NCBI GenBank assembly: GCA_028826165.1
Contig: JAPDFW010000110.1
Span: 1 to 64,000, forward strand
Length of the DNA stretch: 64,000 nt
Origin: Anaeramoeba ignava BMAN
Lineage: Eukaryota; Protista; Anaeramoebae
Reading direction: 5' to 3'
In this document: in pieces, positions 24,407 through 36,900 of the stretch
Numbering within the stretch: position 1 is the stretch's first letter
Layout: each line of letters opens with the position of its first letter
Notes under the pieces: generated by a model
The model's input: the letters and a program-made list of their open reading frames with translations, nothing else
What the model was told of the DNA's origin: nothing
Database searches by the model: none
Made by a program: the position numbers and the translations under genes

Positions 24407-25396
24407 TTAATTTGTTTTCTTTCTCAACTCTAAAATCATTTTTTCAAATAAATCATTTGAAAAATTAAGTTTTTGATTTGGTTCTGGTTTATATTCTTCT
24501 AAAATATTAAAAAATTTTGAATCTGTATTAACACCCCAAAATTGTAGATTTGATTTTTGAATATTTAAATTTGGATCTGTTGATTCTTCTGAGAAAAAAT
24601 TTGTTAATTTAAATTTTGGTAAAAATTTTGATTCAACTGGATCAAAAATGGTTTGAATTTTTTTGGGGATTTTTTCATTAATATTTAATTCAGAATTGGT
24701 ATTATTTTTTGGTGTTGAATTTTGATTTGATTTCAACTTTGATTTATAATCAAAACGACTTTGTTTTTGATTTTTTTTGTTTTTTCTCCAATTTAAATCA
24801 TTAAATGAAAAATTTCTTTCTTGAAAAAATTGTTGATTTTTTTGAAGATTCATAAATTCTTGAAATTGAATAAAATCATAGAATTGTAATTGATTTGGTA
24901 CAAAATTCCTTCTCCATTCAAAACCTGAATAATTTTCTGGATTTGAACTCCAATTAAATGATAATTTTCTTAAGAAATTTTGAGATTTGAAAACATTTTC
25001 TAATTTTTTTGGAATTGTTTTTTTGTTTATTTGTGTAAAAATTGATAAGAGTTCTTTTTTACTGTATTTAATTAGAGAATTTTGATTTAAATTTTGATTT
25101 TGATTTTGATTTTCATTTAAATTTTGATTTTGATTTTGATTTTGATTTTGATTTTGATTTTGATTTTGATTTAATTTTTGATTTTGATTTTGATTTTGAT
25201 TTTGATTTTGATTTTGATTTTGATTTTGATTTTGATTTTGATTTTGATTTTGATTTTGATTTTGATTTTGATTTTGATTTTGATTTAAATTTTGATTTCT
25301 ATTTTCAAATTGATTTTGATTTTGAGTTTGATTTAAATTTTGATTTTGATTTTGATTTTGAGTTTGATTTAAATTTTCTTCTTGAATTGAATTCAT
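24407..25396 (-). CDS. NQ-rich protein with YxxxxLL eIF4E-binding-type motif (4E-T/GIGYF-like N-terminus)
   Basis: KYSKKELLSIF follows the poly-NQ tract; FEWRR and LNWRK motifs; otherwise low complexity. Confidence 0.6.
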   Translation of the reverse strand: MNSIQEENLNQTQNQNQNQNLNQTQNQNQFENRNQNLNQNQNQNQNQNQNQNQNQNQNQNQNQNQNQNQNQNQKLNQNQNQNQNQNQNQNQNLNENQNQNQNLNQNSLIKYSKKELLSIFTQINKKTIPKKLENVFKSQNFLRKLSFNWSSNPENYSGFEWRRNFVPNQLQFYDFIQFQEFMNLQKNQQFFQERNFSFNDLNWRKNKKNQKQSRFDYKSKLKSNQNSTPKNNTNSELNINEKIPKKIQTIFDPVESKFLPKFKLTNFFSEESTDPNLNIQKSNLQFWGVNTDSKFFNILEEYKPEPNQKLNFSNDLFEKMILELRKKTN

Positions 25397-25485
25397 TTAA
25401 AACTTCAAAAAAAAAATGAAAAAAAAATTTTTTTTAATTTTTTCATTTTTTTCATTTTTCTTTTTTTCTTTTCTTTCTTTTTGAA

Positions 25486-26498
25486 ATGGATCAAAATCAA
25501 CAAAAAATGTTTCTTTATTTAAAAAATAACGAATTATCTTTTCCAATTTTAAATCAATTTTCAAAAACACAACAAATTCAACAAATTCAACAAAACTCAC
25601 AAAAAGAAACATTATTTCAATATTCACCAACAAATTTCCAAGAAAATATTGAAGAAATTTTTCATAAAAACACCAAAAAATCATTTAGAAACAATATAAA
25701 AGAAAAGAAAAAGAAAAAGAAAAAGAAAAAGAAAAAGAAAATAAAATAGAAAAAGATAATCAAATAGAAATTGCCATTTTAATGCAAATGAAAAAAAACG
25801 AACAAGAAATCAATTCAGAACTTTCAAGAATGAAACAAGAAATCAATAATGAAAAAAAAAATTTATCACTTCTTAAACTTGATTTAAATATTAATATTTG
25901 GAAATTGGATGAATCAAGTAAAGCCATTATTGAATTACATCAAAATCTTGAAAATCAAATTGAATTACAAAATAAAATTGAAAGAAAAATTCAAGAAAAT
26001 CAAAAACAAATCAAAAGTGTGGATTATAAATTATTACAAATTAAACAACGAATTTCTTCAACACAAAATGAATTGCAAATGATAACTTTATATTTATCCA
26101 GATTGAAAAATTATACAAATGAACAATATCAAAGTATTCAATATAAAATTGCAGAATTTACAGAAATTTTAAGAAAATCTCAATCAGAAAAATCTCAGTT
26201 GGATTCTTTTGCTAGTTTAACTCATTATTCAATTTCAGAACAAAATAAAAAATTAAATGAATCAATCCAAATTAAAAATCAAATTGAAAATCAAATTAAT
26301 CAAATTCGTTCAATTAATTATCTTTATCAAGCAAGAATTAAACAAATTCAAAAAGAAATTGAAGAAAAAAATAAAACCATTGAGGAAAAAAAAAATTTAA
26401 TTGTTTTAATGGAAGAAAAAGCAAATAAAATTGCAATTGATACAATTTTAAAAGAAATTGATTTGAAAGTTGGTATTATAAATTCCTTGAAAAATTGA
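25486..26498 (+). CDS. Coiled-coil hypothetical protein (two track ORFs probably joined across an indel in an AAAAAG repeat)
   Basis: Heptad-like Q/E/K/I-rich 238-aa ORF; the upstream 87-aa ORF breaks inside the (AAAAAG)n run. Confidence 0.65.
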
Positions 26499-26519
26499 AA
26501 AAAAAAAATTAATTTTTAA

Positions 26520-27540
26520 AGAAATTTTAGAAAAGATTTTTTAGAAAAGATTTTTTAGAAAATTATGAAAAAAGATTTATTACAAAACAATTTATTAAAA
26601 CATTTTAGAAAACTATGAAAAAAGATTTATCAAACAACAATTTATCACAAAACATTAACAAAAAACAATTTATCAAAAAAAAGATTTATCAAAAAACAAT
26701 TTATCAAAAAAGATTTATTAAAAATAATTTATCAAAAAGATTTATTAAAAAAAAGATTTATTAAAAATAATTTATCAAAAAAACAATTTATCAAAAAAGA
26801 TTTATCAAGAAAGATTTATTACAAAACAATTTATCAAAAAAGATTTATCACAAAACATTAACAAAAAACAATTTATAAAAAAAAACAATTTATCAAAAAA
26901 AACAATTTATCAAAAAAGATTTATCAAAAAAGATTTATAAAAAACAATTTATAAAAAACAATTTATCAAAAAAAAGATTTATCAAAAAAAGATTTATCAA
27001 AAAAAGATTTATTAAAAATAATTTATCAAAAAGATTTATTAAAAAAAAGATTTATTAAAAATAATTTATCAAAAAGATTTATCAAAAAAGATTTATCACA
27101 AAACATTAACAAAAAACAATTTATCAAAAACAATTTATCAAAAAAAACAATTTATCAAAAAAACAATTTATCAAAAAAGATTTATCAAGAAAGATTTATA
27201 AAAAAAAGATTTATTAAAAATAATTTATCAAAAAAAACAATTTATCAAAAACAATTTATTAAAAACAATTTATCAAAAACATTAACAAAAACAAATTATC
27301 AAAAATTTATCAAAAAAATTAAAAAGATTTACCAAACAAATTATCAAAAAGATTTATCAAAAAAATTAAAAAAAGATTACCAAACAATTTATTAGAAAGC
27401 AAATTAAAAAACAATTTATTAAAAACAATTTATCAAAAAGATTTATCAAAAAGATTTATTAAAAAGTAATTTATCAAAAACAATTTATTAGAAAGCAAAT
27501 TAAAAAAAGATTATCAAACAAATTATCAAAGAATTTATAA
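26520..27540 (+). repeat. Intergenic minisatellite, ~13-15-bp units AAAAAGATTTATC / AAAACAATTTATC
   Basis: Direct inspection. Confidence 0.88.
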
Positions 27541-27706
27541 AAGAAAAATTGATTAAAATTTTTCTCTCTTTTTTTTTTTCTGATTAAAAAATTTTCTTCT
27601 TTTATTTGATTGAAAAAAAATTTTTTTTTGAATTTTTCAAAATCATTTTCTTTTCTTTTCTTTTGTTTTTTTTTCCTTAAATAATAAATAAATAATAAAT
27701 TTTAAA

Positions 27707-29514
27707 ATGAAAAAATCAAAATTTAAAAAACAAATTCCTTTTTATTCTCCAGTTGCTCAACAAATTAACGATTCAAATAAAATGAAAAAAAATTCACAAC
27801 TTAAAAAATTGATTGAAATTCATCCAAAAAGATTTGATTTTATTGATGATCTCATGAAATTACAACAAAAACAAACTCAAAATCAAATTCAAAATAAATT
27901 TGAAAATCAATTTCAATTTCAATTTCAATTTCAAAACCAATTTGAAAATCAAAATTTAAAACAAAATCAAAATCAAAATCAAAACCAATTTGAAAATCAA
28001 AATTTAAAACAAAATCAAACTCAAAATCAAACTCAAAATCAAAATCAAAACCAAAATCAAAATCAAAACCAAAATCAAAATCAAAATTTAAATCAAAATC
28101 AAAATCAAAATCAAAATCAAAATCAAAATCAAAATCAAAATCAAAATCAAAATCAAAATCAAAATCAAAATCAAATTTGAAAATATAAATCAAAATAAAT
28201 ATCAAAATCAAAATCAAAATCAATTTCAAAATCAAAATCAAAATCAAAATCAAAATCAAAATCAAAATCAAAATCAAAATCAAAATCAAAAAATCAAAAT
28301 CAATTCAAAATCAAAATCAATTCCAAAATCAAAATCAAAATCAAAATCAAAATCAAAATCAATTGAAAAATCAATTCCAAAATCAATTTGAAAATGAAAA
28401 TCAATTCCAAAATCAATTCGAAATTCAAATTCAAAATTTCAATAAAATTCAATCAATAGAAATTCTTGAAAAAAATTACAAATTAATTTGTTATCATTTA
28501 ATCAATTTATTGAATTTAGAAGAAAAACATAATCCAAAAAATTTCAACCATTACAAAAATAAAGAATTAAAGATTTATCGAGCAAAAATCATTTCAGAAA
28601 TTTCAGAATTATGCTTTTCATTAGGATTTTTACAAGAAACATTCTTTACTTCAATAAATTGTCTTGATAGTTTCATTTCAAAGAATCAAAAAACAAACTC
28701 ATGGAAACCAAGTTTATTAGCAATAACTTGTGTGTTAATAGCAGCAAAATTTCAAGAAGATTATCCAATTAAAATTTTGAAGTTGATTCAAGGAAAAAAT
28801 ATTTTAGAAATTAGTGTTCGTCAAATCAAACAAATGGAAAGAACCATTTTAGATTCAATCAATTTCTCAATCAATAGAGTAACTTTGAATTCTTTTGTTC
28901 TTGTTTATTTGAGTAGAGCTCGACTGTTTCAATATTATTTGGAATACAAAATGAATCAAAAAATAAATGATTTTTCCAAAATAATGGAAAATATTAAACA
29001 AGAAGAAACAAATGAATCTTCAAATCAATTCCAAAATGCATTTCTTTGCAAAAATATCAAGAATAATGATTCATCCACAAATATAAATATGATCCAAAAT
29101 TTAAAACCAAACGGACATTCATTAATCCAATCAAAAACAAATTTTGATTTCAAACAAAATTCAAAAATTCTTTTAGAAAACCCAATGAAAATTTATAACG
29201 ATATGATACGATTAATCAATATTGCAATCATTGATTCGGATTCATGTCAGTTTAGTTCAAGTGTAATTGCTAGTTCAACTTTATTATTATTTTGTCCTCA
29301 AATTTTACACATTTCATTAATTACTGGCTATTCTTCTCAACAACTTGAAAAATGTAAAAATTGGATTTCTCAATTTATTCCTTTTATTACAACAACTTTG
29401 GATGAAATGATTGAAATTGAAGAAAAAGAAAGATATGAAAATTATAGATTTCTTCATTTGTATAATATTTTCACTTCAGAATTCACATCTAAATATTGTG
29501 AGAAATATTTGTAG
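27707..29514 (+). CDS. Cyclin, most similar to cyclin E type; NQ-repeat N-terminus broken by indels
   Basis: Cyclin box RAKIISEISELC...QETFFTSINCLDSF...LLAITCVLIAAKFQEDYP...QMERTIL; C-terminal ITGYSSQQLEKCKNWISQF. Confidence 0.88.
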
Positions 29515-29596
29515 TTTTTTAGAATTTTTCAAATCAAATTAAAAAATATTTAGAAAGATAGAATTTTTTATTTATTGATTTTTGGATTTTTGATTT

Positions 29597-31567
29597 TCAT
29601 TTGAAAAAATCTTCCCATTCATCATTTCTTCGATTCTTTTTTTCTTCTCTTTTTTTCTTTGAGTTTGAGTTTGTTTTTCCTTTAAAATTTTTCAATATTT
29701 GGTTTGATCTTAATTTCAAATAAGAATCTGTGTTTAATTGGTAAAAATCAATTGATTTAATGAAATCCTTATAAAAACCAGGAGACAAATCATTTGGAAT
29801 ATCATCATAGTAAAGAAACTTAATAAAATGTTGAAGAAATTGGAACGAACGAGAATTGTAATCGTTCACTTGATTTGAATCATCTTTTACATTTAAAAAC
29901 ATTCCTCGATACAATCCACTTCTTGCAACTAAAACTAACTTGTGGACTTTAATATGTTCATTTCCTAACAAAATTTTAAAATCTTTTGAATCTTCATCTT
30001 GAAACATTTTTTGGAAATCAGAAATCAATCCACTTCTGCTCATTTTGCTAAAAATAACTTCTTTTGAAATTCCTAATTTATCTCCGAGTTTTGCAATTAA
30101 ATCAAAATCTTCCTGATTATTAATAACTCCTGAATAAATAAACCGAAGAAAATATTCTAGTTCTTCATTTGAAAAAGTGGAAAATTTGGGAAAAATTTGA
30201 TCAAGATTTTTTGTTAATCTAAAAGAAAGAATTAGTTTGTGAGCTCCAAATAATTTGTTTGTTGATGAAGAAATGTGGAGATCACAGAATAATTGTTTTG
30301 TGTATAATCTAAGAATTTCATTTGAAAAGATACTCATTGATGAGGATGTTGGATTAGGAGATAAATTACAAGGAGTTTTTCCAAACTAAATTTAATTTAA
30401 ATTTAATATAAAAATTTAAATTTAAAAAAATTTTAATTGGAAAAAAAATTTGGATTATAAATATTCACATAAACTGCTCCATAAGAAATAAGTAAAATAA
30501 TCGAATTGAAAGCTCTTGATCCAAAAAAACACAATCGAAACAAAGGAGTCATATTATCATTATCCTTCAAATTAACATTAGCGCCAGATTGAAGAATAAG
30601 TTCAAAAATTTGAGGATCAGAATTTTGTAATGATAATAAATGAAGAACAGATTCTCCCTTTTGATTAGTTAAATTAACATCAACCCCTTTTTCCAAAAGA
30701 AACTGAAAAACAGAGTATTCGGCATTCAATAAAGCTGCGTAATGAAGAGGAGAATTGCCGAATTTATCGAGATCATGAATATTTGCTCCGTTTGATAATA
30801 AAAATTCAAGAACTTCAATTTTCGCACCATTTGAACAAGCATATAAAAAAGGAGTCACAAGATCCTCATTTCTAGCATTTAAATCGGTTCCATTTTGATA
30901 AAGTAATTGGATCAAATGGAGATTTTTTTCTTTATAACGACAGGCATAATGAAGAGAATTATTTTTTTGCTTGTCAAAAACAGTAGCATCTGCTTTTTGA
31001 TCTAGCAAATATTCAATTGTTTTGATACTTGCATTGTGTTTGCAAGATAAAAGAAGAGGAGTTTCACCTTTTTTATTTGCTTTATTAATTTTTGCTTTAT
31101 TTTGAACTAGCAATTTTATGGTCCCAATTCCGGCAGAAAATTTGCAGGCAAAATGCAAAGGTTGATTTGATTCAGAATCTTTTATATTAGGATCCGCTTT
31201 GTATGAAAGAAGTGTGTTTATTGTCTCTGTTCCTGATTGGATTTTGCAAGCATAATGAAGTGGTGAATGTTGTGAATTATCAATTGAATTTGGATCCGAT
31301 TTGGATTCTAATAAATCCTTCTATTATTTCAGGATGTAATTTTGTTAAACATGCATAATGTAAAGGAATTCTTCCTTTTCGATCTTTTTTGTTAACTTGA
31401 TTTTGTAGTTCTAGAAGATATCCATGGAAAGTTTCTGATGATATTTTTTTTTTGCAAACTATATGAAGAAGAGTTAATTGGTTATCATCATCTCGAAAAT
31501 CTGCATAACGATCAAGAACAACAGATACGTCATTAACAGAAAGTGCTCTATTTCGAAAAAAATCCAT
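29597..31567 (-). CDS. Ankyrin-repeat + tandem BTB/POZ protein (three track ORFs = one gene)
   Basis: About 10 ankyrin repeats (GRIPLHYAC, GETPLLLSC, GNSPLHYAA); indel near 31318; intron ~30386-30468; BTB motifs FGAHKLILSFR and KDFKI...IKVHKLVLVARSGLYRGMF. Confidence 0.9.
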
Positions 31568-31599
31568 TTAAAACAAAATGAAAAATGAAAAACTGAAAA

Positions 31600-32270
31600 A
31601 CTTGAAATTTTATTTTGATTTTATTTTAATTTTGAATTTTAATTTTAATTTTTAATAATTTTGATTTTAATTTTAATTTTAATGATTTAATTTTAATTTG
31701 ATTTTATTTTAATTTTGATTTTGAATTTAATTTATAATTTTATTTTTTAATTTTGAATTTGAATTTGAATTTAATTTAATTTTGAATTTAATTTTAATTT
31801 TAATATTGATTTTGAATTTGAATTTGAATTTAATTTTAATATTGATTTTAATTTAATATTGATTTTGATTTTTTTTGATTTTGATTTTGAATTTGAATTT
31901 AATTTGGTTTGATGAATTTTAATTTAATTTTGATTTTGATTTTGATTTGATTTTGATTTTGATTTTGATTTTGAATTTGAATTTGAATTTGATTTTTTTA
32001 ATTTTTGAATTTAATTTTATTGATTTTGATTTTGATTTTTAATTTTAATTTTAATTTTTGAATTTTAATTTTGATTTTGATTTTATTTTTGATTTTGATT
32101 TTGATTTTGATTTTGATTTTGATTTGAATTTAATTTAATTTTTTGTAATTTTGAATTTAATTTTGATTTTAATTTTGATTTTGATTTTGATTTTGATTTT
32201 GATTTTGATTTTGATTTTGATTTTGAATTTGAATTTGAATTTGAATTTGATTTTGAATTTGAATTTAATT
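31600..32270. repeat. Intergenic (GATTTT/GAATTT)n microsatellite
   Basis: Direct inspection. Confidence 0.85.
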
Positions 32271-33721
32271 CTAAATTTTGGAAGTATCTAAATCAAGAGA
32301 AACTGGACAATGATCACTTCCATAAACATCCTGAAGAATTTTTGAAGAAATAACAGCAGAATTATTAATAATTTTTTTTGCAACAACAAAATAATCAAGC
32401 CTCCAACCTTTATTTTTTTGTCTCATATCAAATCTATAATTCCAATATGAATAAACATTCTTGCAGTTTTCATTCAAATGACAAAAACTATCAATAAAAC
32501 CTTCTTCAAGAAATTTTCGAAAACTTTTTCTTTCTTCAGGAGTAAATCCTGCTGTTTTTTTTAATCCTTTTGGATTATAAACATCTGTATCATTAATAGC
32601 AACATTTAAATCACCAGTCCAAATAATAGGTTTTTTTTTATTTAAATTCTTCAAATATTTTTGCATTTCAGGATCCCATTTTTTTGTTCGATATTTTAAT
32701 CTTTCAAGTTTTCTGCCGGAATTTGGAACATATGAATTGATTAAATAAAACTTTGGAAATTCTAAAGTTAAAACTCTTCCTTCTTGATCATGTTCCTTTT
32801 TCCCAATATTTTTGGTTGCTTTAACTGGATTTATTCGTGAAAATATTGCTGTTCCTGAATATCCTTTTTTTTTCGAAAAATTCCAATATGATTGATAACC
32901 TTCAAGTCTTAAAGATTCTTCAGATACTTTTGTTTCTTGAAAACAAATAATATCTGCATCAAGTTTTTTAATTGATTCTAAGAAATTAGGTTTTTTAAGA
33001 GCAGCACGTAATCCATTAACATTAAAACTAACAATTCGTATAATTTTTTTATCTTCTTTTTCTTTTTCTTTTTCTTTTTCTTTTTCTTTTTCTTTTTCTT
33101 TTTCTTTTTCTTTTTCTTTTTCTTTTTCTTTTTCTTTTTCTTTTTCTTTTTCTTTTTCTTTTTCAATTTGATTTTGATTTTTTTCAATTTGATTTTGATT
33201 TTGATTTTGATTTTGATTTTCAATTTGATTTTGATTTTCAATTTGATTTTCTTTTTCAATTTGATTTTGATTTTGATTTTGATTTTGATTTTGATTTTCT
33301 TTTTCAATTTGATTTTCAATTTGATTTTGATTTTGATTTTCAATTCGATTTTGATTTTGATTTTCAATTTGATTTTCTTTTTCAATTTGATTTTCTTTTT
33401 CAATTTGATTTTCTTTTTCAATTTGATTTTCTTTTTCAATTTGATTTTCTTTTTCAATTTGATTTTTGATTTTGATTTTGATTTTGATTTTGATTTTGAT
33501 TTTGATTTTGATTTTGTTGTTTTTATTCTCTTTTTTTCTTGCTTATTTTTTTTTGCTTTTTCTGGTTTTGTTTTACTTTCTTTTTTTTCTGTTTTTTTAT
33601 TTGGTTTCTCTTGTTGTTTTTCATTTTCTTTCTTTAATTTTTCTTCTTTTGCAAGTTTTTTTTTTCTTTTTTGATTTTTGTCTCTTATTCTTTTTGATCT
33701 TCTTAATTTAACTTTTTCCAT
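32271..33721 (-). CDS. APEX1: AP endonuclease (APE1/ExoIII/Xth family) with basic, repeat-expanded N-terminus
   Basis: Reading back from the 32271-32666 ORF: IVSFNVNGLRA, DIICFQETK, KGYSGTAIFS, DQEGRVLTLEF, NSYVPNSG, IIWTGDLNVA, YSYWNYR, GWRLDYFVV, GSDHCPV. The frame break lies in the repeats at 33060-33510. Confidence 0.95.
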
Positions 33722-33921
33722 TTAAAAAAAAATGAAAAAAATGAAAAAAATGAAATTTTGATTTTGAATTTTAATTTTGATTTTGATTTTGATTTTAATT
33801 TTGATTTTAAATTTAATTTTGATTTTGATTTTGATTTTGATTTTGATTTTGATTTTGATTTTAATTTTAATTTTAATTTTGATTTTAATTTTAATTTTCA
33901 TTTTAATTTTAAATTTTAATT

Positions 33922-36900
33922 TTAATTAAAAATATTTGAGCAAAATTGATAAACATGAGAAATGTTTCCTAATAAAATTTCTTCATCATTATCAAAATTT
34001 TCTTCAATTTCTTTATAAATAATTGTTGTTTTATCTTTAATTGAAAAAAGAAATAATTTTCTAAATGAATTATTATTATTATTATTATTAATATTCAAAT
34101 TTCCTTTAAGTTTCTTAATAAAATCTTTCAAAACACAAATAAAATCAAATATTGGGATTTTTTTTGTAATTTTTTCTAATGAATTTTCCAATAATGAAAT
34201 TTGGAAAGAAGTCATTTCCCATTTGAATTTTTTATCAAGATTTTCCAAAATATTTTCAAAATTATCTTTAAATTGTTTATGAATAAATAAAAGATGTTTC
34301 ATTTTAGCAAATTGTTTAAATTTTGATAAATCATTTTCAATATCTTCCAAATTTTTAAATTCAAATTTAAATTGAAATTCAAGTTTTGTTTTAATAAATT
34401 CTATTATTGATAAATCTTTTAATTTTGAAAATTTATTTTCATTTTTAATATTTTGACATCCCAAAATTATATATTCAATAAGTTTTTCAAAAGTTTCAAA
34501 CAAATTATTCTTTTCTAATTCTTCTTTAATTTGTTTCCATTGATCATGATTTAATTCTTCTTGTTCCCATTTTTTTTCTGTTTCAAGAAATTCTTTTTTA
34601 ATTTCAATTTGTTTTCCATAATAATTAAAATTTTCAATTTCAATTTTGAAAATATTTGTTTCTTTTAAATAATTTAATTTTTTTCTAATAAATTCTTCAA
34701 TATAATCTAATTCTTGAATTAAATTATTATAATTTATAAATTCTTGAAATTCTTGAATATTAAATTTGATAATTTTAATAAAATCTGAATTTAATATTTT
34801 TGGGAAATGAAGAATTGATTCTTTAAATTCTTGATTATTTTCATTATTTTGATTTTCATTATTTTCATTATTTTGATTATGTTGTGAATCTTGGAAAATA
34901 GATTTTAGAAATGGAGATTTAATTAATTCATTATGTAGATTAATTGAATGTTCAATTAATATTGGAATCATTAAATTATAATTTTCTTTTCCTGTTAAAC
35001 AAAAATCAATTATATCTTCTTTTTTAATTTCATCTTTGAAATTATCATCATTAATTTCTTTTGTAATTTGTAAATATTTAATTTCTTTTGAACTTAATTT
35101 CCAAAATTTTTCAAATTGTAAATATAATTTATTGATTATTGGATTGTTTTCTGTTTCAATAAATTTTTGAATTTGAATTACTTTTGCTTCTTTTTTTGAA
35201 ATTTTTCCATTCATTTTTTTCATTATTAAACTTGTAAATTTAATAAATCCTTCAAATAAATTTAATATTTCTAATTTTGAATAATTTTCAATTATAAATT
35301 TAATTAATGGATATTTTTCAAAATCTTCTTCTTTTTTTTGAATGTATAAATTAATAATTGGATATAAATTTGGTTTTGATAAATCAAATAAATTTATTTT
35401 TGTTTTGGATTGTTGTAATTTTTTGTTGATTTTATATTTTCTTTTAATATTTGAAATTATTTTTTCATGATTTTCTTTAAAAATATCAGAAAATATTTCT
35501 TCCAATTTATTTCTTTTTTCAACTTCTTTGAAATTATCTTTTCTTAATAAAAAATTTGGAATTCTCTTTTTGGAAAATAATTTTAATGTTTCATAATAAT
35601 AAAGTATTGATTGATAATTTGTAAGATTTGTTAATTTGGATATAATAAATAAATCATTTCCAATATGAGAAATTAATTGTTTGATTAATTCTTTTTGATT
35701 TTTTGGTTTAAAAACACAATTATTAATCATTGAAATGAAATGATTTGAAAATTTTTCACAAATAATTGAAAAAGGAAGAATTGATGAATGAATTAATAAT
35801 CTAATAATTCTAAAAGTTATTGGATGTAAATTTCGATATGTTAATAATGGATTTGAATTTGGTATTTTAGAAACTGAATAAGATAAAACATTTTCAAAAA
35901 ATTTTGAATTAATTTCATTTTCTTTTAAACTTGATTTACAAAATTCACACCAATTTTGTAATTTAATATTAGAAGATTTCACAAAATTTAAATGTTTATT
36001 TTCACATAATTTCCAATAACCTTTTTCTTTTTCAAATTCTTGTTGAAATGGATGTGATCCCATTGATAAAAAATATAATTTTTCAAGCATTTCTTGTTTT
36101 AATTGTGATTCTCCAACTTCAAATAAAAGATCAGATGAAAATAAAAATTGAAATGGTTCAAGTTTTATATTATCAATAAATTCAACACTTTGGATTATCA
36201 TTTTGAAAATTTCTTTGTTTTCAATTTCTTTTTCAATTTCCCAAAATTTTCGATAAAATTGTGAAATAATATAACTTATTTTATGTTCTGAAACAAATGA
36301 AATATGTGAATATTCGAATTTTAATGATAAATCATTTTCAATTTCTTTTTGTTCATAATAATATAATAATGATTGATCTTTGTTCTTTTTTGGATATTCT
36401 ATTATTATTGAATCATTTCTTTTTGAATTTAAAACATTTTGAGAAATTTCTAGTTTTTTAATTTTATCAGGAATTTCTTTTTCAATAAACTTTTGAAGAT
36501 AATTTCTTCCTTTATCATTTTCAATTTCATTAAAAATAAATTTAATCCATATTTCTCCACTTTTTTTTGAAAAACTATTTTTAAATTTTTGTATTATTTT
36601 TTTTGGATTTCGAAGTAACATTTTTCTTTTTTCAATAAATTTAATAATATTTTGAATTGAGAATTGATTTTTAGAAATTGCAGTTATTATATTTTTTTCT
36701 TTCAAATTTGGTTTTGATTCTTTCTTTAAATTAGGTGAATCTTGATTTTTAAAGAGATTTTGTTGAATAGATTTAATATTGTTTCTTATTTCTTCATTTT
36801 CATTAATAATTTTTATACAAGAAATAAGAATAATATTTTCTGGTTTGTTTTCTAATATTTCTTGATTTGTATTTTCCAAAAATTTATCAATAAAATTAAT

